A stretch of 63,042 bases of DNA, counting the filler, from Folioceros fuciformis (lineage: Eukaryota): NCBI GenBank assembly GCA_049999805.1. It is 6 parts of 6 records of this genome, joined end to end, with 100 filler letters (N's around TTAATTAATTAA, not from the genome) between each part and the next. Parts side by side here need not be neighbours in the genome. Positions count along the whole stretch, not along the records: positions 10,938 to 24,559 come from JBNGIO010005215.1; positions 24,660 to 39,255 come from JBNGIO010005216.1; 4 more parts are not named here. One strand, given 5' to 3'. A program made the translations under genes and the position numbers. This document shows, piece by piece, positions 23,044 through 34,436 of the stretch; position 1 is the stretch's first letter, and each line of letters opens with the position of its first letter. A model generated the notes under the pieces. It was not told the DNA's origin. It searched no databases and saw nothing but the letters and a program-made list of their open reading frames with translations.

Positions 23044-23565
23044 TCAAGAAGATTTAGTTACCCCTAAAAGTGCCATTTGCTCCTTTAGGGATTGAATATC
23101 TTTAGACTGCTGCTTAACCTCAAGCTCTTGTGAAACAACTACAATCTGATCTGACTCTCGAGCTTTCTCCAAACGCTCTTGTCTTTCAGCCAGATTATAC
23201 AGTTTACATGAAATTTCAAGAAGTGCACTCTTTAAGTTCAAAACTGAATTTAAAAGAACTTCAATATTGGCACCACCATCTTGATGAGATTTAGCATGAA
23301 CATTAAAAGGCAAAGAATTAGAAACAAATGCAGATTGTTTGCTTGAAGATATTATCTCAGGGTTATCAGTAATGTAGAAATCTACAAATGATTTCAAGAA
23401 ATGAAGCCTAGACTGCTCCTCAGAAGGTGTCAAATGTTTCTTGAAATATAACTGCTGAAATTCATCTATGAAATTGAGTCGCCCAAGAGAGTCATAATCT
23501 CTGGGACCCAATAATCTCTCAAAATTAGACCATTGAGATTGCTTAACCTGAGATTTGCGAGGCAT
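23044..23565 (-). CDS. Extra sense ORF (173 aa) between PBS and gag of element 4; C-terminal coiled-coil
   Basis: ATG-initiated and intact; heptad-like LLNSVLNLKSALLEISCKLYNLAERQERLEK and IQSLKEQMALL. Confidence 0.65.
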   Translation of the reverse strand: MPRKSQVKQSQWSNFERLLGPRDYDSLGRLNFIDEFQQLYFKKHLTPSEEQSRLHFLKSFVDFYITDNPEIISSSKQSAFVSNSLPFNVHAKSHQDGGANIEVLLNSVLNLKSALLEISCKLYNLAERQERLEKARESDQIVVVSQELEVKQQSKDIQSLKEQMALLGVTKSS

Positions 23566-23668
23566 CTTATAAATTTTTCATAGCAATGACTAAAAGCCAA
23601 ATAATAACAATGAAAACATTGCTATGAAGTTGCAGACAACTGCATAATTAAATAAAGAACAGGTATAT

Positions 23669-23681
23669 GGCTCTGATACCA
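23669..23681 (-). promoter_or_regulatory. Primer binding site (tRNA-iMet) of element 4
   Basis: TGGTATCAGAGCC directly after the 5' LTR. Confidence 0.95.
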
Positions 23682-23876
23682 TGTACACAATATAGCAATA
23701 TATGAAAACAACATCCTTGCAAGAAGAAAAGGAAGTGAATTAAACAAAGTACAACACATGAACACATATATAGTCTTGGCAGTTATAACCGCCTTTGAAG
23801 AGTGCCCTAATTCTTTAAAGGAGGCCCTAACTAATACTAGCACAATGTATATTAAATAGGACTTATTTTTCTAACA
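23682..23876 (-). repeat. 5' LTR of element 4
   Basis: Direct repeat of 17615-17809. Confidence 0.95.
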
Positions 23877-24559
23877 ACGCCTGGCACATTGAGAATTGAA
23901 TTGTCAGTCATAACGAATCGACAAGTACCATAGCCTTTAATAGGTAAGCTTGTTGATCGTTGTTCATCTCCAAGCAAGACAGATTGTGTGGAATCTGTAA
24001 GTTCCTTGAAGCTGCGAAATAATTGTTGATCTTTGCAAATATGTGCTGTCGCACCAAAGTCCAGAAACCAGCTACTAGGATCACTCGAAGAAGAAGACAA
24101 GCAAATGGTAAGAATCTTCACCATTGCCTTGCCATTGTCATGTTGAGGTCTTTCCTTTGCAACTGAATTGACTTCAGGCTTGGGACGACGGGGCTCGCCT
24201 GCCTTCTTTTTGCGGCAGTCCCTCTCCCAATGTCCTGGCACATTGCACCAATTACAGTTGTTTGGTTTCTTTGTAGATGGAGTGCCAGCAGGGGAGGTTT
24301 GTGGGTGAGAAGCAGGTCATCCGCCTCCTCTGCCCCTCCCTCTCCCAAAACCTCCACGCTGACGGGAGATATAGAGAACTCGATCAGTGCGCAGCTTGCT
24401 GGAGCCGCTCGAACTGATACGAAGTCGGCTTTGCTCCTCTTGATAAAGGGTAGCAATCACGGCCTCCAAGGAATAATTACCAGGGTGACCAGCAGCAACA
24501 TTCTGGCAAGCAATGGCCAAGGGACCATTTTGTAGAGATACAAAAGTCTGATATGATGG

Positions 24560-24659
24560 NNNNNNNNNNNNNNNNNNNNNNNNNNNNNNNNNNNNNNNNN
24601 NNNTTAATTAATTAANNNNNNNNNNNNNNNNNNNNNNNNNNNNNNNNNNNNNNNNNNNN
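24560..24659. other. Artificial contig spacer
   Basis: N44-TTAATTAATTAA-N44. Confidence 0.97.
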
Positions 24660-25310
24660 CCCCCGCTGTCTTGTTGTTGCCTGGTTAGGTTTGGCGCTTG
24701 CAGCGGCTACTTGCTTGCCTGCAGCCGGACAGGGCTGCCAGCTGCGTCTCGGACTGGCCGCTTCCTGCCCAGCCAGCCCCTGTCTAGCCCATCCTCAACG
24801 AGCCAGCAGACGTGCTGGCTGGCTAGATTCAGCTACCTTGCCACCACAACCTAGCCTGCCTAGAGCCGCCCTACGGTCACCCGGCTTGTTGAATCTTGCC
24901 TGGGCTTACAGCCACCGATCCATCCGCCCGTCAGGATCCATCCCAGCAACAGGCCGGCCCGCCTACCAGCCAGGATCCTCAGCCCCGGCCACCTGGCCGA
25001 AGGCTAGGACAGGCCTAGGCACCCTACCTCCATGCCTATGCCCAACTGCCTTCCGCATCCCGAGGCCCCAACTCACCCTCACACGCCCAACTTAGGGTTC
25101 CACACACGTGGCGTCCCTCTCCACGGGCACACCCTACCCCGTACTTCACATTTTCCACGGCCACGGGTTAGCTAGACGATTGTTGTCTTTCTAAACTGCA
25201 TCACCACTATCCCCTGATCATCCTATTTAATCTAGCCTTATCTAACATAGTTTCCTACTTACCTCTCCAAGGAATTCTATCAAAACTCCAAAAAAAACAA
25301 ATACCACCCA
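24660..25310. repeat. Second copy of the GC-rich repeat, with its downstream continuation
   Basis: GGATCCTCAGCCCC...GCCTATGCCCAAC...CCCTCACACGCCC.ACTTAGGG...CCCTCTCCACGGGCACAC shared with 13216-13380. Confidence 0.75.
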
Positions 25311-25710
25311 TTTTCTAAGAGGCTTATCTACCATGTGGTCTCCACACATCTTTATGACACAAACCTCTGCAACTCAACTGCTATGTGATAATATGTCTGC
25401 TATAGCCCTTGTGGCTAATCCACGATTCCATGCAAGGACAAAGCACATAGAGCTTTATCACCACTACATTAGGGACGTGGTGGAGAGAGGTGTGGCTAAG
25501 GTGGAGTATGTAAGCACAGATGAAAATACAACAAACCTACTGACTAAAGGGCTTTCTAAGGTCAAGCACTACAGGCATCTTACCTCTATGGGCTTAAGGG
25601 TGTTTGCTATGCCGGTACAAGAGAGTACAGCATAATGTGTGTTCTACTGACAGGAAGTGAATTAAGTGGTTTACTACAGGCCTGACCTTCCTGTCCAGCA
25701 CACAACCCAT

Positions 25711-25763
25711 GAGGATAGCTCAGTGGATGAAGCAACCTGCATATTCAGTCGTGAACTGTTCTC
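25711..25763 (+). other. Conserved 3'-UTR stem-loop with GGATGAAGC core (copy 2)
   Basis: GAGGATAGCTCA / TGAACTGTTCTC arms enclose GTGGATGAAGCA...AGTCG. Confidence 0.6.
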
Positions 25764-25834
25764 TACATCAACGAAAAGCAAAGAAAAGCAAAACTTCACA
25801 GCAGTGACTTACCTCTCTCAGGCAGACAAGGGAC

Positions 25835-26270
25835 TTAGTCATCACTAGCTTCAGGCACACCGCCGACTACTCCAGTATATCCCAGCATGTTCAGTTCCTT
25901 CACAAGATGCTGTATTTCACACTCTAATTGTGGAAACATGGTTGGATCCCGTGGTGGGAACTTGGCGACCAAGTCTCGAAGCTCCAAGACCCGACACTTT
26001 GTGGCCTTGATTGCTTCTTTGACCTCCTCGCACTTCTAAGCAGTCTGAAGCAGACGACACACCAAGTTCCTATCTGACTGTGTAGGCCACTCCACAGGCT
26101 TCTTCGATACTTGAGTCTTGCTAGGCTCAACAGAGTTACTATGCTGCTGTGACGACTCCTTCCTTGGATCCTTCTGACAACTCAAGCCGCAACCCTCTTG
26201 CGTGCCATTTCTTCCTGCACCAGAAGACGGAAGACTGAGAATTCCCTCTGCAGTGTGTGGTTGTTCTTAG
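25835..26270 (-). pseudogene. Decayed antisense accessory ORF of copia family A
   Basis: VEWPTQSDRNLVCRLLQTA*KCEEVKEAIKATKCRVLELRDLVAKFPPRDPTMFPQLECEIQHLVKELNMLGYTGVVG aligns with ORF 34437-35060. Confidence 0.75.
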
Positions 26271-26680
26271 CCCTGGTACCGCGAGAGCAAGGCACCACAA
26301 CCAATCTTCAGCTTGCCCTGAGTCTTCACGTCTATCCTTGTCTGAAGTTGGATCATCCGTCATGCTCCCTGCATGATTTTCACACTTGTGCCACACAACA
26401 ACTTCGCACGACTGCTTCATCATGAGGGGGTGACGGGGTTTATAGCCTGTTAGGGTTTAAGCACTTACTTTAACCTCGTAAGGTTAAGAGGGGGTGTTAA
26501 GGTTATTTAGATAACCATGGGTTAGATTAACCTAACTCGGTTAAACACGTGACTTTTGGGTTTAACAAACTTGACACTATAAAAGCTACAATTTTGTATT
26601 TATTGAATTAAATTCTTTTTGCTGCATTGTCTCAAGTATTCTTTGTCTAAATAATCCTTGAACAAATGCATAAAATAACA

Positions 26681-28510
26681 GTAATTGGTGCCGAATACCT
26701 GGTCATTTTGAGCATGAGTGCAGGAAGAAACACGCAGGGTGGCCTTGCTGCGAGAGACCTGCAGGGGAGTCACACATGGTAGTCAGAGGCCAATCCTGTA
26801 ACTTCCACAACATTAACAAGGCACCAGCAATTCTAGCTATATGTCTAACTTTAACAAAAGTAGATGCAACTATGTGGTTCTTGGATTCAGGAGCTACAAA
26901 CCATATTTGTTATTCAAGAACCAGCTTCCTTACATATAATGATCTTCTGCCTGGATAGTTTGTGCTACTCAGAGACGATAGTGATCTAGCCATAGCTGGT
27001 CACGGGGAAGTTCTTTTACCTTTCAGAGGTGGCAAATCTTTTCGCTTACAGCATGTACTCCACGTCCCAAAATATGAAAAAGAATCCTCTGTTAGTACAG
27101 TGCCTGGTTAGTGATCATAATATCCATGTTAATTTCTTACCAACATGTTGTCTCATCACATCTAAGGATGATTCCAGCCAGGTTGTGGCACAGGGGACAC
27201 TTTATCATGATCTATACAAGTTTGATACCCTACCCCTATCTCAGAGTTTAGTTGTCGATGCACGACCCGAAGTTGACAAAACCTTTCTCTGGCATTGTCA
27301 TTTTTGCCACCCTAGTCTCACATACGTTCGCCATCTAGTACAGAATGAAGCCCTATACAAAGACCTTGTTAGTTTCACAATTAAAGACACCATGTTTTGT
27401 AAGAACTCCCAGCTAGGCAAGCTTGCATGGAAGCCATACAATGACCCTAACCCTACTAAAGCCAAAGGGTTGCTTGACGTTATAAATACTGGTATTTGTG
27501 GACCAATGTCCACCCATTCTTTCAACGGAGCAGTCTACTTCCTTATTCTTTCCCTTCCAGAATACTTGAGTTACGATTTTCAAGCTTTACTTAAATCCAA
27601 AGGCATACTTCATTAACTTACAGGACCTTATCATCCTGCTCAAAACTCCTATGCCGAATGCTATAACCATACTTTACAAGAACGTAGTCGTACTATACTC
27701 TCACTTGCCGATCTGACTCGTGGATATTGGGCCGAAGCTCTTGCTGCTATCAACTATACCCATAACCGACTTCCTATTAAGCCCTTGAATGACTATACTC
27801 CGTTTGAAAGGTGGACTGGAGACAAACCACGTATTAGTCATCTTCGCATCTTTGGCTCAGCTGCGTATGCCTATGTTCCTGCTGGCAGACGAGGTAAGAT
27901 GGATGATAGAGCCACTAGACTTATTTTTGTCGGTTACTCTAAGCAATCCAAAGGTTACAAACTCTTGAACCCCTCTACGAGACATCTTACCTTAGCCCGC
28001 AGTGTTAGCTTCAACAAAAATTCCATCCTTCAAGCCCACATCAAATCCTCTCAAAGTTATACTCCATTGCCACAACCAACAGCCTATGGCCATTTCCCTC
28101 GCAACTCTACCAGCAATGATGACCTCACAGATCCTCTCGTTTCTTACTCGTTAGATATTCCATCGACACTACATGAACCTAAACCCATTGTACACCAAAT
28201 ACATGATCACTCCTATGCTCCTGCTGAAATTGAACACCATGGATACCAACCTAGATTGTTACCAGATCTTCCATACCCTGATGACTCACCCATACCAGCC
28301 ATACTCCCTGAACTTGAGCCAGCAAACCTTCCTTTGCCTCTCTGACGATCTGCCAAGACGCACCGTCCACGTTTGGAATAGCTTGAACCTCCTTATTCAC
28401 TTGGAGATACAATTACATCTACCTCCCAAGAGGCCACTACAACACCTGAATTAGAAGAACAACCACATCCTACCCTTGCCGCTTTCCTCAACTCAGTCGC
28501 TGCCACTCTT
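26681..28510 (+). mobile_element. Ty1/copia element 6 fragment (zinc knuckle, PR, integrase with internal deletion)
   Basis: NWCRIPGHFEHEC, WFLDSGATNHIC, ICGPMS, TPFERWTGDKPRISHLRIFGS, FVGYS. Confidence 0.88.
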
Positions 28511-29399
28511 TTAGATCCACCACATACCCTGGTGCTCTGAGAGGTGGGAATAGGCCGGGGCATTTATACTCAAGACCTCCTTGGGTCTCGAAGTTTTGAG
28601 GTAGGAGCAGGGTTGACCAATAATTGGTCCGTGGACCAAGTCGGGGACGGGGGGGGGGGTGCTACTTGTTCCTTGGCCCTCGGTACTTGAACAAGTTCTA
28701 GGAAGCCTATATAAATACAAAAAATATGCAAATTCTAGATGCCCGGAAAGGAGAGTGGAGAGGATAGCTCGTGTTCATTCAAAACTCTAGAGTTAAATAC
28801 CCTGGCTTGGGATTAAGTTCCGGATGGGAGACTGACCACGATGCCTTATTTTATAGAGAAAATTTTGATATCATTTTCTAAGCCTAGGCACTATTTTTCC
28901 TAGACATTCTAGGACAAAAAACTTTCTTTTGGCTTAGATTTTCCCTATTCTAGATTGATAGGTCTCGACTAGCATCTGTAAGAAAAAAAAAAAATCGTAG
29001 TTCAAATGAAAAAAAGACTATCATGATCTGATACATGATTTCTTTTGCAGTGCCGGAAAAAACTAGTTGAGAAGGTCTATCAGCAAGCAACTAAGGTTCT
29101 CAAAACTCTTGGATATCAGCTTGCGCAACCTTACCAACATGTTTCTAGCCATGATCAGGAGACCAAGTGAGCTAAGGCTCTCATACCATGAGAAAATCCT
29201 AACAGTAAGATTGTGTAGCATGCATCTAACCCATGATGCTACGCAAGATATGCTCTTCGTTAATTAGTGAGATAAGAGGTACACAAGGTGTGTTTTAAGG
29301 TGGTGCAGGGTGTCCGTTCATGAAGAGGCACACCCTTTTGTAGTGACCTAACCCTATTAACGGTAACTAGATTACGGGCAGGGTTACGGGTAGATTAAC

Positions 29400-31538
29400 C
29401 TTTTCATAACAAAGCAAAGTTCATCACATTAGCTAGAAGAAATTTGCTTTCAAATTTTGATCTTTATCAAATAAGATGCATTGAGTGTACAATTATTCAA
29501 TTCATTAATAAAAAGTCTAGAACCTTCTTCCCAAATCCAGACAAATTACAGCAAACACTCAATTCCATCAGATCAAAAGCCATCCAAATTCATTCTTCTA
29601 CTGATGAGAGATTAAATTATCTTACCCAAGAGATACATTCAATCTCTAAAGCTATTGAGAAACTACCTGTTGAAGAAGTTGATACTTCTGACCTTTATGT
29701 CTGGAGCAATATAGATACTTGCGAAAGAACAATAAAGAAATGCAGCACGTGCTCTCGCGTTACGCCCAAAACAATAACGAGGACTTTGCGCCAAGCACGA
29801 TCAAGCTATCTTCATTAAAGTTGAACATCATCTGCAATGTCTGAAGAGCAAGTAATTGACGAGGTTACACACTCAGACGAGGACGCCAAAAAACTTAAAA
29901 AATAGCTTGCTAAAGAAAGAGTTAAGTGGGAAGAAGAGTGGAAAAGAAAGACTTCTGACTCTGTACATGCAACTGTGGTTTATGGAGAAGGCTTCAAGGA
30001 GAAAGATAGATTCAATGGAAAAGGATATGACGTTTGGCAAATACGTGCCAAAGGTGTACTGCGACAACGTGACTTATAGGATATCATTAGCGGTGATATT
30101 GATCGTCCTCTCCAGAATCAGGATCTAAATCAAACTGGGACATCAAGGATCAGAAGGCACAAGATATCATCATAAGTGGACTTACTGAATCAATGGTCCG
30201 ACAAGTCTCAGAAGCAGATACCTCTAAGGAAATGTGGGACCGTCTTGCTCTTATATATGCTTCAAAAGATGTGATGAGCATATTGACGGCCACCCAAAAT
30301 TTCCAGAATCTCAAGATGAAGGAAAATGATTCCATTGAGAGCCATATAAGTGCTTTTAGATTGGCTGAAAATAACCTTGAAGCAGCATCTGGCGAGAAAA
30401 TCTCTGAAAAGAATGCATTCATTAATTTCTTATCCACTCTACCACCTTCCTATCGGGCGTTCATGACAACACAAAATACCATCCTTTGTAATGCACAGAA
30501 GACAATGGCATCTGACGGTTCCTCAACGCTGAATATCACCTTAAATGAGCCCATAGAAGCCATAATACAGGAGGACTCCAGCCGTCATCACGACAATTGC
30601 TCCACCAGACAGCATGTAATGTTCACTGGAAGAGGCAGAGGTAGAGGCCGAGGCCGTGGCCAAGGCAGAGGACCCAATACCTCTCGCCCATATATCAACT
30701 CCTCTCATGGAGACTCTACATTTTCTTCAATGCTTGCAATAGGTAAAAAGAAGATTGGAGTTATTTGTAATTGGTGCAGAATACCGAATCATATGGAATA
30801 GGATTGCAACAAGAAGAATGGCGAGCCTAGAAAGGAGGCCGCACCTAGAGCACATGTTGTTGTGAAGAAACAATCTTCCTCAACACCATCAGCTCTCATT
30901 GTATGCTTGGCATCATTGAAGCCAACAAACCCATATTGGTACTTGACAGTGGAGCTACATCACACATCTGTCACAACAAAAACTCTTTTGAGTCCTATTC
31001 GCCAGTCACAAGACACCAGACTGTCCTACTGGGTGATGACCACAACCTCCCCATCTTTGGTGTAGGTTCAGTCGTTCTTAGATATTCTTCAGGCCAAGTT
31101 CTCTCTCTCTCTCATGTTCTTCATGTACCATCCATGTGTAAAACTTAGTGTCTACATCTAGCTTATGTTCCGAACATAGTATACAGGTCATTTTAAACGC
31201 AGATAATTGTCTTATAGTTATCTTCCAAGTAAGTCCTATACCATCCGCTTAAGCACTTTAAAGGACGGGTTATACAAATTGTCTATCAAAGTGGGTCCCT
31301 TACATGATAGGATATATGTTGCTTCCCAAAATTCTGCAACATCCTCCAACACCATACTTTGGCACTGTCGTTTAGGTCATCCTAACAGCTAAAAACTCAG
31401 TTAGATATCTAAGGGAAACCTCTATAGAAGTCCTTCCCTTTCCATGATAGAACCACTGTCCTATGTGAAGCTTGTGTCATTACCAAAAGACATCAAGCTC
31501 CCTTTCAAAATCGCTCTCCACAGCGGGCTAAAGCAACC
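29400..31538 (+). mobile_element. Ty1/copia element 7 fragment (upstream ORF, gag from ATG 29837, PR, start of integrase)
   Basis: GFKEKDRFNGKGYDVW, FQNLKMKENDSI, CNWCRIPNH, LDSGATSHIC, LWHCRLGHPN; ends at poly(T). Confidence 0.88.
29444..29818 (+). CDS. Extra sense ORF upstream of gag in element 7 (coiled-coil-like), possibly decayed
   Basis: LQQTLNSIRSKAIQI..ERLNYLTQEIHSISKAIEKL; stop 18 nt before gag ATG. Confidence 0.45.
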   Translation: MLSNFDLYQIRCIECTIIQFINKKSRTFFPNPDKLQQTLNSIRSKAIQIHSSTDERLNYLTQEIHSISKAIEKLPVEEVDTSDLYVWSNIDTCERTIKKCSTCSRVTPKTITRTLRQARSSYLH

Positions 31539-32208
31539 TTTTTTTTTTTTTTTTTTGTGCTAACCCATAGAGGAGGAGCAGGACTCTGTCTGCAATATGG
31601 TCTGTCTTGGTTACGAGTAGCCAATTGACGATGAGCTTGACTAACTCCCCTGATTCTTGGGTCCAAGATATCGTAGATCAACCACTAGTTGGTGGTCTTC
31701 ACAGAGTCCTCCTCCTGAAGCGTTGTTGCTAACTCCTTAACCTTGTCTTTGCTACGCTGCAAATTGAGGTAGAGGCCACCGCGCTCCTTGGCTAGCCTCC
31801 TATAGACCTCTCACATCATCTGCACAGTCCAGAGTGTGGGATTATCCCGAACTCTGGTAGAGGAAGCCTTCCCACGGGCACATAACAACATGGTCTTGGC
31901 GAACTCGCAAATAGTGATAGGGGAATAAATGCCCCACAGAAATTGGAAAACCCCGAGCTCCCACTACTCCATCAAATCGCCGGCCACCATAATGTCCGGA
32001 TCAGTACTAGGATGGGAGACTTACCGAATGTCCCCTTTTGAAAAAATGATTGAAATAATAACTTATAGATAAGTCGAGGCCCAACAAATAAGGGCCATAC
32101 ATAGGCCCTAAGACCAAAACATGCCTAAAATAATAAAATAAGCCAAAAAGCCCGGAACGGGTTGATCCGCTCATAACTACCCATGCCCTAGACATAAAAT
32201 AATGGTTG

Positions 32209-32418
32209 TGTTAAGATAACAAGCTCGATCACACTTAGGGTTGTATATATTTAATTTAGATTAAATATGTTTAGTTGAAGTGAAATAACATGACTCTAGG
32301 TCATGAGTATTTAAACACATCTTTGTAAACATTTTGTATTGTATTATTCATTTAGTTTTGGCAGCAACCGCTTGCACAACCTCCACATCTTGCACACCGT
32401 TCACATGGTATCAGAGCC
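32209..32418 (+). mobile_element. Orphan 5' LTR (about 32209-32405) and tRNA-iMet PBS of a truncated element
   Basis: AT-rich TG..CA segment followed directly by TGGTATCAGAGCC (32406-32418); left boundary approximate. Confidence 0.7.
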
Positions 32419-33092
32419 ATCCATTGGCCACACAAGATTTTAGAAAATGTCTAGGTGGGATGACATCCGAGAATTGCAAAGTTGAAGACGGGATGGAAGG
32501 GGAAATCGCTCCCGTGGGCGTTTTTCTCCCGGATCCCATAACTTTTTCAATAAAAAGCTGGATTCGATTTGAGGATGCGATCCCGACTACGAGGTTGAAG
32601 ATCTTGTTGGCTGCATAAGACACATGCGGTGTGGAGGCATGCATGCAGCAAGACTCGAACCCGCAACCACCTATTGAATGCATGGCTCTAAAACCACCAT
32701 AGCCCACTCGGCTGCTTGAAAGATATGTATCCTTGGAGATACTAGGCTTTATCACAGAGACTCAAGCATGGCTCCTGCGAGGATCTCTACCCCACCCCAC
32801 ACTACCTGTACAGCCTGCCATCCACACAGCCCCTTCTTCGAACGGTGGTTCCGGGTGATGGAGGAGTAGGAGATGACTAGGTGAGAGGTGCAGGAGGAGG
32901 CATTTCTTGTAGAATGCCGTGCTCGGTGGAATTGAGCCTTGGCAGAAGGTGGAGGACTTGGTGGCTGCCGAGTCGCGTGCAACACAGGTAGGAGCCCAGA
33001 TCAGCCAGGCACTACTTTTTTTGCTTGGAGATCTAATGCTGGGCACCACCAAAGATGGTGGTGCCTCATCCCCCTAGCTTTTTTGCTTCCGC

Positions 33093-34107
33093 TGTAGGGG
33101 GAGGCCGAGATTCGAACCGGCACATTCGATCTGGCCTAGGCATCGATCTTCGACGAGCGTGCTAGGATGCTCCCGTGACAGTTAGAAGGAGCGGCACACT
33201 GCTGGGATTTGGTGCGGTGCACGTGTTTTTTGGACTTGGCCTATGACAGTTAGGTTTATGCATCTGGTGCAGTAAGCTTGGTTTATGCATCTGGTGCGGC
33301 GGGCGTGGATGCTAATGCCACGAGCGTGGATCTGGTGCGGCGAGCGTGGATGCTGGTGTGGTGCGTGTGGATCATAGGTGGTAGTTGAAGGATTGCTAGA
33401 GGAGCCACATGGTGAAAGAGGAGAGGAGGAAGCAAGGAGGAGAAGAGAATGAGAGGTCTCACACTCTCACAATGTCTCTATTGCAAGGGAGCTCAAGGGG
33501 GTATTTATACCCTCAAGAAGAGCTCCCAAGGAAGTTGCGCAAGAAGCTTCCTATAGATTAGCTTAAGCTAATCTAAACATATGATACTTAACTAGACATT
33601 AATCTTAGACTAAACACATTAGTTTAAACCACATTGGGCTTTAATAACCCTACAACCTCCCACTTAAAGACCAATTTACCTTCATAGGAGAGTGGTCTAC
33701 CTCATGCCTATGAGTGTCTGAGCTTGTGCGAATTGCTTTGAAGAGAGCCACTTAGAAAGAATATCTACGGGGTTCTGACTAGTGTGAACTTTGACAAGTT
33801 GTACCCTCTTGTCTTCCAACAGCTCTCGAATGAAGTGACACTTCACTTCCACATGTTTGGTCTTTGCATGAAACACTAGATTCTTTGCCAATTGGATAGC
33901 ACTCTGGCTATCACAATGCAACACTGGCAGCTCAACCTTGATCCCCAAGTCTCCCACTAAATGAGCAAGCCACATGGCTTCCTTGCAAGCCTTAGTCACT
34001 GCAACATACTTAGCCTCTGTGGTATATAGCGTTATGCACGATTGCAAACGAGATTGCCATGAGATTGCCCCTCCCGTGCACATGAAGACATAACTTGATG
34101 TGGACCT
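33093..34107 (-). mobile_element. 3' remnant of a different (Tork/Tnt1-like) copia: RNase H 33697-34107, PPT and about 560-bp LTR 33093-33654
   Basis: GGAISWQSRLQSCITL.TTEAKYVA..ACKEAMWL, LHCDSQSAI; LTR termini TGTAGGG...CCCTACA; TATAAATA near 33500; short GGTGCGGCGAGCGTGGAT tandem repeats. Confidence 0.75.
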
Positions 34108-34436
34108 TGACACGAATTAAAGAACACACACAAACATGTACTCAACAGAATGATTGATTAAATTAATGAACAAAATTGTGTCTTATATATTGTGTTAAAT
34201 ATAAACCCTAATGTGAGGTTAACTAACCAAGAGTAACAAACTCTAACACCCCCTCTTAACCGAACAGGTTAACGGAACGGGGTTCTTAAATAAAACGGGG
34301 TCATAGGGTTACGCTCCCGTCATCGCTGTGGTCTTCAGGCGTAAAGGCCTAAACAGGCAAGCGGAGCGTGAGTGACTGTTGAGCTGAAAACCGAACGATC
34401 TCGAGCGTAAGCGAGGAGAATGAGAGCCGTCTAGCT

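Larger units (their letters stand above)
17615..23876 (-). mobile_element. Full-length Ty1/copia element 4 (6262 bp), nested in the protease of element 3
   Basis: 195-bp TG..CA LTRs, about 3 mismatches; TSD ACGCC at 17610-17614 and 23877-23881; PBS and PPT present. Confidence 0.97.
13381..24559 (-). mobile_element. Ty1/copia element 3 (host of element 4): gag/PR 23877-24559, PR-IN-RT-RH 14421-17614, 3' LTR about 13381-13562
   Basis: Protease reads NSILNVPGV|LYVPRMAKNLLSV across the nested insertion; HADISG, TDNGTEF, AIYVDD, TDANWASD; PPT TGTGGGAG next to LTR. Confidence 0.92.
25345..26680 (+). mobile_element. Ty1/copia element 5 (family A), 3' remnant: RNase H tail, 3' region, PPT and LTR 26495-26680
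   Basis: LLCDNMSAIALVANPRFHARTKHIELYHHYIRDV; PPT AAGAGGGGG; LTR TGTTA...TAACA inserted at the zinc knuckle of element 6. Confidence 0.88.

Noticed and set aside
29305-29400. Helitron 3' hairpin (GGGTGT..ACACCC) or telomere-like TAACCC motifs
   Set aside because: No CTRR terminus at the expected distance; telomere-like words are isolated, not arrayed.
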